Source: Callorhinchus milii
Lineage: Eukaryota
Length of the DNA: 64,000 nucleotides
Direction of reading: 5' to 3'
Assembly (NCBI RefSeq): GCF_018977255.1
Contig: NW_024704742.1
Coordinates: forward strand, 10,666,001 to 10,730,000
Below the pieces are notes generated by a model. It ran no database searches and was not told the origin of the DNA. It saw only the letters and a program-made list of their open reading frames with translations. Positions 1-12,888 of this stretch are shown here, piece after piece. Positions within the stretch are counted from its first letter, which is position 1, and each line of letters begins with the position of its first letter. Made by a program: the position numbers and the translations under genes.

Positions 1-248
1 CCTTGCATTTGGGCCTTATCATGTTTGAGACGTCTCAAAGTGCTTCAGAGAATATACTGTAAAGTGAATTGATTGTACATTTTGTGGCCGAAATGCGGTA
101 GCCACTTGTGCGCAGCAGTGTCCCACAAGCAGTCATGGATTGAGTGACCAAATTATCTTTTTAAAGCAATTATTACCCCTGGAAAAGCGATCCGCCAATC
201 GACTAACAACTGGGTTCCTACCTACTGCTAGGTAAACAGAGGTGTGTA
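1..248 (-). mobile_element. SINE family A (tRNA-Ala-headed, L2-tailed), body without head
   Basis: Reverse complement of the family body (ctgtttacctagcagtag...ttgtgggacactgctgcgc...caaatgcaagg) seen in many other copies in this window. Confidence 0.85.
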
Positions 249-439
249 AACAGAGTGTTTCTTAAGGCTCAAAATACAAAGAAACTGGCAGATATAGTGG
301 ATTAAATACATTGAATTATGGATCCTTAACTTTGACAAGATTTCCAAACAAACGCCTACCATAAGATTGAATGCAAATGCATTAAATACAACAGTAAGAA
401 TCTGTTGGCATGTGAGCAAGTTCAGCAAAGGGAAACTAG

Positions 440-775
440 ATTGAAAGCTGGAATTAGACATCTGAGTTACGAGGAGATACAGGAGCTGGGAATGTTCTCA
501 ATAAAAAACGAATAGATCTTATTGAAGCAGCTGAGATCCTAGAAGATATAAATACACTGAACTCTAGCAATCTAGAATAATGGGGTTTGTGGATTCGAGA
601 TCACAGGAGAAAAGGTGAACAAACTGTTCTGATTTGATTATTTTATACAGAGTGGTGGAATAGTCTAACCAGGGAACTGGCGATAGAGGCAGATTGTGTC
701 AGAAAATTGAGGGAACAGTTGCACACTATTTGGTGAGGACAGTTGTGGAGAGGTATGAGTGTTTCAACAATGAGG
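440..775 (+). mobile_element. Old CR1 LINE 3' fragment
   Basis: Degenerate agttacgaggaga...gatcttattgaag...tttatacagagtggtggaatag, resembling the CR1 ORF2 C-terminus. Confidence 0.5.
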
Positions 776-1344
776 GATTATTTATTTTATTTTCCTTCGT
801 GACTAGTGAGATAGACTGGAAGAGTCTCCTGACCTTCTACATTCCAATTAAAATTAACACCAAAGCAACAGTTCTGAGTTTTCCTTCTAATAATAATAAT
901 CTTTGCGTTTGATGTAGCGCATTGAGACGTCTCAAAGCGCTTCACAGAATGTACTGTAAAGTGAATCAACTGTATATTTTGTGAGCAAAAACGTAATGAC
1001 TCCCATTTATTCAAATAGAAAAATAAAATCATGGAGTATAGAGTTCAGACTGAAGTGGTTTCTGGTGCTTTGGTAAAATGGCATGGAATTATGTACTACA
1101 TCTTTCTCTTCAATAGATTCATTAGTAAATCTGTTAGTCAATCAGAAACTTTAGACCTGTGTGTAGGTTCCATTAAAATTGAGAAACCCACATGGAGTCA
1201 GAGAGAGAGAGTGAAATAAATCAAGTCGTGGTTAGGTGTTGCCAAGCTTTGGCTTAAAAAGCGTGTAGATTGTCAGAGGGACAGAAGATTGAGGGAGGTA
1301 AGAAGTTCTACAGTCCTGTCCTGAGGTCCTGGGAAAGAATGAGT

Positions 1345-1620
1345 CAACAACAACAAATTACATTTGTCAGGAGACGTCTCCTGACTTTCATATCCAGGAG
1401 GACGCCCCAAGGCGCTGGACAGTCAGGGATCCACATCCAAGCTGGTGGTTGGGATCAGGAAGGGTGGAGGGAGGGTAGGGGTAGGAGGGTGACCAAAGGC
1501 ACGATTGAAGAGGAGGGTCTTGAGACTGGTCTTAAAGGAGGCAAGGGAGGGGACGAGGAGGAGAAACTGTGGGATGGAGTTCCAGAGGATAGGGGCAGAG
1601 AGGCTGAGAGATGGTCAGGA
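1345..1620 (-). mobile_element. L2 LINE 3' end fragment
   Basis: (CAA)n tail on the + strand, L2 3' UTR, and antisense FK.GLKT.LFD-type coding remnant. Confidence 0.85.
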
Positions 1621-2012
1621 GGTAGGTGCAGAGAAGAAGAACAACATGTTGCAATTTGGGAAGAAAGGGGAGAAAAATTAAAAGTAGGGGAAATAACCAC
1701 ACAATAGAGACTGAGAGTGGTTGAGACAATGACAGAGACAAATGAGCCCCAGAATTTTTCATGGTTTTAGCCTGAAGACAATTGCCTTAAAGTATAAGAT
1801 TATGCAGAATTTTGGAAAATTCTTAAATGCAGCCTTAATTTGGATGCCAGTTTTTCCACAATTCTTTAACACCTACTCTGGCATACTGGTGCCTTCCGTC
1901 ACCTCATAAGTGTTGAGCAAGATGGCTCACATTCTTGCTGAGGATCGATTTCAAGATCATCTTTTTTCAATCCCTCTACATAGCCTCCTTTTATCTACCT
2001 GTGCAGCCTAAT

Positions 2013-2341
2013 GGACTCCTGTAGCTCACAAGTTAGAGCACTCGCCTCACAAGCAAGAGGACCTGGGTTTGATTTCCGGCAGGGCAAAAGGTTGGGAAAG
2101 TTTCCTTACTCCACAATCTGCTGTTTACCTAGCAGTAAATAGGAACCCAGATATTAGTCGATTGGAGGATTGCTTTAATCTACGACTGTTTGTGGGACAC
2201 TGCTGTGCGCAATTGGCTGCCGCATTTCGCCCACAAAATATACAGTCAATTCATTTCAAAGAATATTCTGTGAAGCGCTTTGAGACGTCTCAAATACATG
2301 ATAAGGTGCTATATCAAATGCAAGGATTATTATTATTATTA
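2013..2341 (+). mobile_element. SINE family A with internal deletion
   Basis: tRNA-like head ggactcctgtagctc with B-box-like ggtttgatttcc, family body, (ATT)n tail. Confidence 0.9.
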
Positions 2342-2854
2342 CTGAGCAAAGGGAAGTAGGTGTGTGGGTATAGATAACCAAGCAGTTGAAGCGCCTGAGG
2401 ACTGATAACACTTCTCAGTTACGTCAGCCTTCCCCAAGATGAGAGGCTGTGCAAAAGAGCCTCAGGGATTGAGATCAGGAGCTCAGCAAAATGTGTCTCT
2501 AACCTGGCGCTGCCCCATTGTAACAAACTCCTCAGGAGATTTTCTCATTAAACATCCTCCTCCAGGTTTAAACAGTCATCATGCAGAGAACAGGCTGGGA
2601 GGAAATGATTGTGTCCGACAATGTGAGGGAGTGGATTCAACATAATGTAGGGCAGCGCTGAATCACCCTGGCTTAATGACCTGATCTAACAATATTAATG
2701 CTGCTCTTTCACAGTGCTGTGCTCAGGAGCTCAGCCCAGCCAATTCTCCCATGGCTGACTTCATTAGCCGCATTCCCTGTTTAAGCAAACTTATTAAAAA
2801 TCAAAGTGTATAACATACCAAACTTATTCTTATTATAATATTAATAATATTATA

Positions 2855-3580
2855 ATAAGAATCCTTGGATTGATAAAGTGCCTTGTCTCATCAAAATGTC
2901 TCTTAGAGCTTTGCCCAATTAGGGTTTTTGAAGCGTAATAATAGTCACTGTGTTGGCAAATACAGCAGCTCATCTTCATCATTAACATCCCACAAACAAT
3001 GAGATGAATGAACAACTTATCTCTATTCTGGTGACATTGTATAAGGGTTTTTTTTGTCAGCTGGCCATTGAGTCAGCATAGCACCAGTCCTGAAATGGAG
3101 GATGGTGCCAGAGAGATAGAGATTTGAATCAAAATACACAGGTGTCATTTTGACTCAGTTGTTTTCACATTCACGTCTGAGTCAGAAGGTTGTGGGTTCA
3201 AGCCCACGTTGGACTTTGAGCTCATATAGTCTAGAGTGACACTCCAGTGCGGGGAGGAATGCATGGCATTATTCGGAAAGAAAATGGAGTTCCAGATAAC
3301 GTTTCTCCCAACAACCTCTCCAGATAGCATTGGTCATTAATTTCATGGCTATTTGTGGAATGTTTCAAAGTGCTTCACGAGATTTATTGCAAAATGTAGT
3401 GACTGTACTTTAAGGCAAATTTGGCAGAGAATTTTGTGTCAGGCAATGTCTCACAAACATCCACAAACAAAGTGAATGACAACTTTTTCCTAGTGAATTG
3501 TTGGCCAGGAAACATGGAGAAATTCTCTTCTCTATTGGAATAGTGCCATGAGACCTTTAACATCCTTCTATTGAATTGAT
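2855..3580. mobile_element. Cluster of degraded Deu-domain SINE (family B) pieces in both orientations
   Basis: Head-like tctgagtcagaaggttgtgggttcaagcc at ~3176; reverse Deu motif tagtgccatgagacctttaa at ~3541. Confidence 0.65.
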
Positions 3581-4033
3581 CCATAAAAACATGTTTGATT
3601 TTTTTTTCGACTGTCCATTCAAACCTTGCATTTCTACTTTGTAGGCTGTTACATGCAGATGTGACTGATAACATGACAAATTTGTTCTGTGCATGTTGCA
3701 AACCGTAACATTTATTTTTAATGATGAACTGGCACAACAGCATCTGGTCTGTGACCCAAGAACGTCCAGATCAAATGGGTCAGACCTTTGTTACATTTTT
3801 TAAACCTATTAGCATATGGGATCCTGCTGGGTTCCTCAATGTATTCCAGCTTCTGTCTTTTAATAACACTTGAGATTGGTACATTGAGCCAGAGATGGCC
3901 CTGGTCTCATTATTGCATAAAAGCTATCAATTTATGTAGAATATCAAATCTGCCAAATATTTTTGAAAGAGCATTGACTTTGAAAGAGCTTTTTTGAATG
4001 AATCTTAACATTTGACACAGTTGGAAGAATTGT

Positions 4034-4353
4034 GGAGTCTTGTAGCTCAGTGGTTAGAGCATTTGCCTCGCAAGCGAGAGGATCTGCGTTTGATTCCCGG
4101 CAGGGCGAAATGTTGGGCAAGTTTCCTTGCTCCCCATGCCTCTGTTTGCCTAGAAGTGAGTAGAAACCTGATAATAATAATAATTTGGTCACTCAATCCA
4201 AGACTGTTTGTGGGACACTACTATGCGCTATTGGGTGCCGCGTTTCGCCCACAAAATATACAGACAATTCACATTACAGTATATTCTCTGAAGCGCTTTG
4301 AGACATCCCGAAGATGTGATAAAGCGCTATATCAAATGAAAGAATTATTATTA
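4034..4353 (+). mobile_element. SINE family A
   Basis: A box tagctcagtgg, B-box-like gtttgattcc, family body and tail. Confidence 0.9.
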
Positions 4354-4726
4354 TCTAATTATTAATTCTATTTATGCTGTATTTATGAAGTGCCATGTGA
4401 TTGACAACAATCTAAATGTAAAAAGAGGAGACTAACAGGAGACTATAAAGCCTCTAAAGATCATAGAAGCGCCTGAAGCAATAATTTATTTGTAATTAGA
4501 TTAAGAATTAATATCACTAAAAGGGAGTGAGAGAGGGGGAAGCAAAAGGGGGAAAACAAGTGGAATAAAAGATGAAAACAGTAACAATAAACGCATAAAG
4601 AGAGAAAATAAATGACAACACTAAATATACAGCATTATGGGTTCAAAATCAGATATTTGCTAACAGAATTTCATGAGTTAATTAGGACTTCTTGGATAGG
4701 ACATATCTGAAGGCAAAATATATGTC

Positions 4727-4889
4727 AAACTTCACAGTCAGAGAATGGTGAATCCCAAGCTGGTGAAGTGTGAAAATGATTGGACAGATCCATTGAAAGG
4801 CCAACAAGGAATCCAACTGCTCTGCTCACTGGTCTTTTTATGGCCTTTGCCATTTTGAGATTTGCCATTCACAAAAACCCTGTGAATTT
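4727..4889. repeat. Degenerate palindrome, MITE-like
   Basis: Left aaacttcacag...gagaatggtgaatcccaagctggtgaag matches the reverse complement of right ctttgccattttgagatttgccattcac...ctgtgaattt. Confidence 0.55.
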
Positions 4890-5243
4890 ACAATCCATTA
4901 ATAGGAAATGTTGCAATCATTCTAATTATTGGATTATAGTAAGTCCCTGCCCTACCCCCCACCCCACACTTATATATCTCAGGGTAAGGAGTAACTCCAG
5001 GTGCCAAAAAACTTAGGGAGCTATAATGACCCTTGGTGCTTTTGCAAAATCAGCCAGTATTTCTGTTCCTGATTATAATCCAGTGAACCTGCTTCAAAGT
5101 TTATGTGTGTATGTGTGGTTGGAGAATGAGAACAGAATTTGGTTTGATTCTGATGCCCTTCACATAGTTGTATAATTTGTTCCCCTCACCCACAAGCTTA
5201 GGGTTCATAGAAACTCCCCATTTTGGCTCATAGATACATAGAT

Positions 5244-5640
5244 CTGGCTCAGTAGGTAGCATTCTGGCCTTAGAAATTTGTGGGTTCAAGCTCCATCTTG
5301 GGACTTTAAGCACATAATTTAGGTAGACACTCCAGTGCAGTGCTGGTGGTGTGCTGCATTGTCAGAGGTGCCATCTTTTGAATAAGGCGTATAAACCATA
5401 TAAACTGTATAAACGTGTTCAGGTAGAAGTGAAAGATCTCATGGCTCTCTTTGAAAAGAGTTTCTCCCTGTGTCATTGGCTGATATTGCCCCAGATAAAA
5501 CTGGTCATTCACTTCATGGCCTTTTGTAGGACATTGCTGTACACAAATTGGCTCTCACATTTTCCTACAGGCAATGCACTTTACAGTAAACAGTGAAAAA
5601 GTATTGTGTGAGGCACTATATTGAATGAAAGTTTTTTTTT
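5244..5640 (+). mobile_element. Deu-domain tRNA SINE (family B, SacSINE1/AmnSINE1-like)
   Basis: tggctcagtaggtagc head, Deu-like aaagatctcatggctct, ttgctgtacacaaattggct, L2-like tail. Confidence 0.8.
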
Positions 5641-6053
5641 ATTATATACATAGAGAATGGAAACTTTGGCAACGTACCTGAGGGAGTTTTGCACCAAGCA
5701 CTAGTTGTTGAAGAGGTCTTTAAAAGAGGTATGTATTGTTGATTGGTCTGCAGTAATAATAATAATACTCCTTATTGTGCTTTTCTCGTCAGGAGGAAGT
5801 CCCAAAGCACTTCACAGGATTGCTGTGCGCAATTGGCTGCCGCGTTTCGCCCACAAAAAAATATGCAGTCAATTCACTTTACAGACTATTCTGTGAAGCG
5901 CTTTGAGACCTCTAGAAGAACGTGAAAAGCGCTATATCAAATGCAAGGATTATTATTATTATACTGTAAAGTGGAGTGACAGTGAGCTGAATGGCCTATT
6001 CCTTTGGCAAAGAATCAGCACATTCATTTAAAAAAAAACATTCATTTAAAAAA

Positions 6054-7310
6054 GGGCTCCCTCTGCCTCCTCGTCAACCTTGACCTCTCTGCTGCCTTCA
6101 ATACCATTGACCACTCTTTCCTCCTCCACCATCTCTCCTCTCACCTCAACCTTCATGGTTCTGTCCTTAAATGGTTCAGATCATACCTCTCACACCGCCT
6201 CCACTTCATCTCCACAAACGGTTTCTCCTCTAGCCCCTGCACCGTCTCGTGCGGCATTCCTCAGGGCTCTTCCCTTGGTCCCCTCTTCTTCAATATCTAT
6301 GTGCTCCCTCTTGGTGAAGTCATCCGTAGATATGGGGTCAACTTCCACATGTATGCGAATGACACCCAACTGTACCTCCCTGCCTCTACAGAGGCTGTCC
6401 TGACTGAATGTCTGTTGGACATCAAGTCCTCGATGAGAGCTAACTTTCTTCAGTTGAAAGTCAACAAGACCAAGGCCATCCTAGTTGGTTCCCGTCAGTG
6501 CCTCCACACCTCAGGTGCTGACAGAATCAACATCCAAGGATGCACACTCCACCTTGCTAAGCCAGTACAGAACCTTGGCGTCTTGTTTGACCCTCAACTA
6601 TCCTTTCTACCCCACATCCATGCCATGACCCGCTCTGCCTTCCCCTTCCTCTGCAACATTGCCCGGCTCTGCCACTGTCTCACACCACAGGCTGCCAAAA
6701 CCCTCATACATGCTTTCATAATATCCAGGCTTGACAATGCAAACTCCCTGCTTGTCAGCCTCCCCACTCCTCTCTCCATAGGCTGCACATCATCCAGAAC
6801 TCTGCAGCCCATGTCCTCTCCCTCACTAGGCTCCGTGACCCTATTACCCCTATGCTCGCCCGACTCCACTGGCTTCCCATCACACTGAGATAACATTTAA
6901 AGATCTTGGTCCTCACCTTCAAAGCCCTCCATGGCCTTGCACCCCCTACCTCTGCAACCTCCTAACCCCCTACCAGCCTGCTCGCTCCCTCTGCTCAGCG
7001 GGTTCCGGCCTGCTTCACGTCCCCTGTCTCGCCCGCCCCACCATTGGCGGGTGAACCTTCAGCCACTCTTCCCCCACCCTCTGGAACTCCATCCCACAGT
7101 CTCTCCGCCTCACTCCCTCCCTTGCCTCCTTCAAGACCCATCTCAAGACCCTCTTTTTCGACCATGCCTTCGATCACTGTTCTTCCCCAACTGCCCTCCA
7201 CCCTCCCTGATCCCGACTGGATCCGAAACACTGACTGTCCAGCACCTTGGGACATCTTCCTGAAATGAAAGGTGCTATACAAATGTCATTTTGTTATTGT
7301 TATTGTTGTT
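6054..7310 (+). mobile_element. 5'-truncated L2 LINE with reverse transcriptase remnant
   Basis: ORF 6004-6888 has LDLSAAFNTIDH, GIPQGSSLGPLFFNIY and FHMYANDTQLY (YADD changed to YAND), then L2 C-terminal motifs with frameshifts and a (TTG)n tail. Confidence 0.95.
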
Positions 7311-7934
7311 ATGCTAAAGATATTCAATGCTAGTAATGGGAAGAGGAACAGGCTCCTGGTAGCACACACTGTCTAATCACGAGGGGGATAGATAGTTGGC
7401 AGGATGCCCATTTGGAGTCTTGGATCATAGGTTGCTGTGAGAGCAATACCTGCAATCTTGTTAATTTGTTGTTGCAAGGTTGCTGCACACAATGGCTGAC
7501 ACACCGTACCAAGGTAAAAATTACTGCTGTCACAAAAGTGCCTCTAATGGCAGTATTTCTGCACAGAACCTGTGTGTCCTTGGGGTAGCCACTGTTTTCA
7601 CCAGTCTAATTGAAGCATTGAAGCAGCAGGGTTTTTACCTTGTCAGTTTCAGATGGCAATCAAAGGGAATGTGGCCACTGGTAGGCTGGACCTGGTGCAG
7701 TTCTACTGATTAGTAATTCAAAGCTGTCCTCAATTAATCTCTGAAAGTATTCACTTAATGTCTGATGAATTTTAATTGTTCCATCTTTCTTGCTTTGATT
7801 TTTTTTACATCTCTCCTCTCTTTTGGGATCCCAAAGTCAGTGGTGTTTATTTTGTGTCCCTGGTTCGACACCAACCCCCACCCCCCCACCCCCCCAAACA
7901 CACACACACCAGATCTTGAGGGAATGCTGCATTC

Positions 7935-8190
7935 AATACAAAATGACATTTCTACAGCGCCTTTCACATCAGGAGGATGTCCCAAAGCGCTGAACAATCA
8001 GGGATTTGGACCCAAGCTGGGGGTCGGGATCGGGGAGGGTGCAGGGCAGGGAGGTTAGAAGGGTGGCTGAAGGCACAAGCGAAACAGAGGGTCTTGAGAT
8101 GTGCCTTGAAGGAGGCAAGGGAGGGAACAAGTTGAAGGGGGTGTGGGATGGAGTTCCAAATGGTGGGGGCAGAAAGGCTGATGGCTCAAT
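7935..8190 (-). mobile_element. L2 3' end fragment
   Basis: Same 3' UTR and tail stem-loop as the other L2 copies. Confidence 0.85.
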
Positions 8191-8834
8191 AGTCTGAACT
8201 CTTGCTCTTTGGATAAGATGTTGAACCAAGTTCAGGTGGATATTAAGGATTCAGATTAGCTGATTATTTTTGATGTTGCTGTTTGCTGGATTTGCTGACA
8301 ATTACTGACTGCTGCTTACATAACGAGCACTATGCTTCAAAGTATTTCACTGTGTGACACGCTTTCGGTATTATAAGATACTACATGAAATGTAGAATTA
8401 TTGCTGCTTGTTATTGAACTTTCACCTCATGGCTGTTTGTAGGACATTGCTGTGTACAAATTGGCTGCCATTTTGCCCATTGTAGTTGAATGTGTTATGG
8501 AAATAGTTGATTGGTGGATCGCTTTCCAGGGGATAATAATCCCTTCAAATAATAAGAATAATGACTGTTTGTAGGACACTGCTCTGCGTAATTGGCTGCT
8601 ATGTTTCGCCCACAAAATACGTAGTCATTACACTTTACAATATATTCTGTGACGCTCTTTGAGACATTTTGCAAACTTGATAAGCCCACTATATCTATCA
8701 CTATATCAAATGCAAGGATTATTACTATATTATTATTACAAATATCCAGTCACTACAACTCACAGTAAAGTAAATCCTGTGAAGTATTTTGAGACGCCTC
8801 ATCAATGGGATAAAGTGCTATATCAAATGATTCC

Positions 8835-9030
8835 TAAGCCTTGGCTCTTGCCAACCTGTGCCTAAGACTTCCAGAATTCCAGGATGCGTTCCTCCAGGAA
8901 TAGAGTTAGCATTCCATTCCATTAAATATCTCTGGAAGTTCCATGTGTAGTTGGGATACATGGTACTGTGTTTGGTTTGGATACTCTTAAGCATGGTGAC
9001 ATTTCTGCATGTGTCAGAAATCCATGGCCA
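8835..9030. repeat. Unclassified repeat family U, fragment
   Basis: ttggctcttgccaacctgtgcctaag...ggtttggatactcttaagc matches 28555-28745 and 40610-40785. Confidence 0.8.
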
Positions 9031-9339
9031 GGAACTGTGAAGTTGATTTATCATTCTCATTGCTGACCTAGCTGAACTTACCTGATTTTGCACTGACCAG
9101 AGCCCCAAAAATCCACCTTCTCTTTGCCTGCATGCCCATTTTGTCTTAAAATTTCCAATTCCACAGAATGATGCTTTACGCTTTACTCACTGTAAATTTG
9201 GAAGAGGTAAACTGGTTTCCAAATTAAGATTAGGTTTAACAATTTGTCATAATAGGTGAAGACGAGATGGAATTTCAGACCAAGGAAACTAAGGCAGAAT
9301 TTCTGACCTTGACTTCTTCTTGATGTAGAAATCACCTTC

Positions 9340-9715
9340 AAAGCCCCTAAACAACCTTGCTCCTCCCTACCACTGTGACCTGCTCAGGTTCAAATCTCTG
9401 ACTGTCCAGCACCTTGAGACGTCCTCCCAACATGAAAGGCGCTATAAAAAAAAATTATTTGTTGTTGATGAACATTGCTTATTATTCCCGGCAGGGTGAA
9501 ACATTGGGCAAGTTTCCTTACTCCACACGCCTCTATTTACTTAGCAGTAAGTGGGAATCCAGTCGTTAATCTATTGGCAGATCGCTTTTCCAGGGGTAAT
9601 AGTCCCTTCAAAAACACCATACAGTCAATTCAGATTACAATATATTCTCTGAAGTGCTTTGAGACATCTAGAAGATGGGATAAGGTGCTATATCAAAAAC
9701 AATGATTATTATTTT
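9340..9715 (+). mobile_element. L2 tail (9340-9468) followed by SINE A fragment (9482-9715)
   Basis: L2 tail stem-loop with ttgttgttg, then attcccggcagggtgaaacattgggcaag SINE body. Confidence 0.8.
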
Positions 9716-9997
9716 TACATTATTATATTACCAAAACATTAATTCACTGAACCTTCAAGGGAAAGCCTGATTATTGTATGTTACACTTTTTCTACATTAT
9801 ATTAAAAAAACCTGGCATATCTATTACTGCAGGGACATCTTTTGAAGAATGTATCTTTCGAAATATGAGGTAACACGAGACCTGGGTCCCAAGGCAGCTT
9901 TTTAAAACAAATATCACTGGAGCTCAGATGGTACCTGTTCTAATGTGCAATTGTAATCTATCTTCACTGCACAGGATTCTGAGAGAGCTCCAACAGA

Positions 9998-10112
9998 ATT
10001 AGAATCGTAGAATCATAGAATTATACAGCACAGAAGGAGGCCATTCGGCCCATCGTGTCTGTGCCGGCTCTTATTGAATCGGCTTCCACCACCCTTTCAG
10101 GCAATGCATTAA
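9998..10112 (-). mobile_element. CR1 3' terminus
   Basis: tagaatcatagaa tail and gaggccattcggccc terminal stem motif. Confidence 0.8.
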
Positions 10113-10434
10113 CATAGAACCCTGATCCATGGCACATGTGCCACAGTTACATAGTGTTCAATTTTGTTATTTATTGCTGATGTAATATATTCAATTCTAT
10201 TTTTAGTTTTGTAACTCCTTTAATATCAGACCCTGAATACTGGGAAGCACAAGAAATCAACCAGCGAAATCCGAATGGGTCAATCATAACACTGATAATA
10301 ATATAACTACTGTCATAGCTCCTTTCATGTCAAGAGGTCACCTCAAAGTGCTTCACAAGATTGACTGTAATATGTAATGTCTGTATTTTGTAGATAAACC
10401 CAGCAGTGTCCCGTAAACAGGTCTTACATAAGAG

Positions 10435-10830
10435 CAACAACAACAACATTGCAATTATATAGCGCCCTTCATGCCGGATGGTATCTTGGAGCGTTTAACA
10501 GTGGTGGAGCCCGATGCTGAGTGAGGGGGGAGGGGAAAGGTGACTATAGGAACAGTCAAAGAGGATGGTCTTCAAACACGACCTGAAATTGGCGAGAGAG
10601 GGGGCAAGGCAGGAGGATTGAGGGAGAGAGTTCCACAGCTTTGGGGTGTAGTGGCTGAAAGCATGGCCGCCGATGGCGGGGTGGAGAGTCCGGGGGTGTA
10701 GGGAGAGAACAGGTTGAAAAGATATGGGGTGGGGTGGGGGGGATGGGGGTGGGGGTGCAGAGCATGAAGGGATTTAAATACAAGAGTGAAGATCTTGAAA
10801 TCGATCCGCTCTGTGACAGAGAGCCAATGG
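10435..10830 (-). mobile_element. L2 3' fragment (second tail type)
   Basis: (CAA)n tail, gcgcccttcatgccggatgg, gatcttgaaatcgatcc (RIDFKI in antisense). Confidence 0.8.
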
Positions 10831-11716
10831 AGTTACACAACCTAAATTCTTACCAAACCTCTTACCTTCTGGTTGCTTAATAACCAGTCTTATGGTGACA
10901 TTGGTAAATCTTGCTTTATCTTTCAAAGTAACAAAATGAGTAATGAACTGGCTGTAGCCTTAAGATCTACAATCTGTTTTCCATGTTAAATGAGATGCCT
11001 ACTTCTGGTAGTTCAATGAGGGCATTTTAAATAGAGGCTAATATTCACATGTTAGTTCTATCTCGGCTTATTTAGTGATGCAACTGCAGAAGATCACAAC
11101 CAGAAGAAAGAGAGAAGAATGTGGAATACCTTATTACAGATGGCTGTAGAAACCGATTTCATAGCAACATTTACAGAGCACTGAAGTAAAACTTGAGGAA
11201 CAGGAAGAATAACAAAGGGAGGGGGAGGGGGCAGGGGATGGGATTAGAATAAATAGCTTCAGTTTGCAAACTAGCATTGTGCAGACCCAGTGGGCTGAAT
11301 GATCCATAATTCTATCTATTTGATTCCTGCAGAAATGATGGTGTGCAGGAGTTTGACAGCACTTTGTTGCTACAGATAAGGATGGGCACGCACCCTATTA
11401 ACTTTGTTTATACAGTTGTCGTAGAATTGATATTGCTCCCAGCAGTAGATAAATTATTTTTGGTCTATTAAAAACTGTTGTGTAAGTGCAGAAAGCTGTT
11501 GTTAGTTTGTCAGAGTTATTAAAGAGCCAATCAGGCTTTAATAACAATAAAAACTGCCTATCAATAGTTCCCTGGGTCACCTATTAAACCAGTTGTCAAC
11601 GTGAGCTTAGTACAATTCAAACCAGCCAATAACACCAGCAGACACAACACTAGCTGCTCCTGAAACCAGCTTCTCCAGGTGGTCTCAAGGTGTGGAGCAC
11701 CACCCTGATTCATACA

Positions 11717-12318
11717 GGAGTCCTGTATCTCAGTGGTTAGAGCACTCGCCTCGCAAGTGAGAGGATCTGGGTTCAATTCCCGGTAGGGCGAAATGTTGGG
11801 CAAGTTTCCTTACTCCATACAGCTCTGTTTACTAACAGCTCTGTTAGTCGATTGGGGGATCGCTTTTCCGAGAGTAATAATCGATCCAAAAAAAAATAAT
11901 AATTTGGTCACTCAATCCACGACTGTTTGTGGGACGCTGCTATATGCAATTGACTGCCTGTAGCGCCTTATTCAAGGTGCATCTCAAAACCCTCCTCTTC
12001 GACCGAGCCTTCGGCCCCCCTCCTACCAGCCACCCTCCTACCCTGCACCTGCCCTGATCCTGACCCCCCAGCTCAGGTCCAAATCCCAGACTGTCCAGTG
12101 ACTCCCAAAGTGAAACATGCTAAATAAATGTAATTTTGTACTGTATTATCGTATCTTCAAGATGTCTCAAAGCGCTTCACAGAATATACTGTAAAGTGAA
12201 TTGACCGTATATTTTGTGGGCAGAATGCGGCAGCCAATTGTGCACAGCAGTGTCCCACAAACAGTCGTGGAATGAGTAACCCAAATTTTTTTAAAAGCGA
12301 TTATTACCCCCGGAAAAG
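11717..12318. mobile_element. SINE A (+, 11717-11958), L2 tail (+, ~11965-12140), SINE A fragment (-, ~12145-12318)
   Basis: tRNA head with ggttcaattcc B box; L2 3' UTR; reversed SINE body. Confidence 0.85.
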
Positions 12319-12888
12319 CTTTATGTGAGACCAGGATGTGTCTTGGCTTTGATGGCCCCCATACACCCCCCCCCTCCACAAACACACGCAAACTGCTTGG
12401 GTTTACATTGAGCCATTAATACAAATTAATGCACATCTCAGAGCATTTAACAAGGGGAGCAATGGTACCCAAACCCAAGGGATAGAAGTTTGAGGTGCCC
12501 TCAAACACATAAGCAATTCCATTCTCCTCACTCCCCTGCAATGAACTTCTGATAATTACAAAAGTAAGAACAACATTTCTGTGCTGTGAACTTGTATCCA
12601 CTGTGGTTGAGATTGAATTTAAAGGTGATTCAATTTGATCTGTGAGCTTTTCACAGATGGGGAGCTTTCACATTCGTCCCTGATCCTCACTGAAACCTGC
12701 ATCTTTTCTGATAAATATCAGCACCTAAGACCCTTCACAGAGTCGGTTGTCACATTTTGAAGTTATTGAACAAATGCTCAGAATGCACCTATTGACATAT
12801 TCAACCATTCACCAGAAGCACCACATTTTTCTGGCTACCTTCATTTATTCAAAATAACTTGAACTTTATCAGACAGTGGCGACATTTC

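Noticed and set aside
6004..6888. 294-aa ORF as a functional reverse transcriptase gene
   Set aside because: 5'-truncated L2 copy; catalytic YADD reads YAND and downstream frameshifts break the C-terminus
7479..9868. Two candidate plus-strand micro-exons (~7479-7513 MADTPYQ; ~9832-9868 TSFEECIFRNM)
   Set aside because: AG...GT pairs of this size are common by chance; no recognisable protein or coherent gene model
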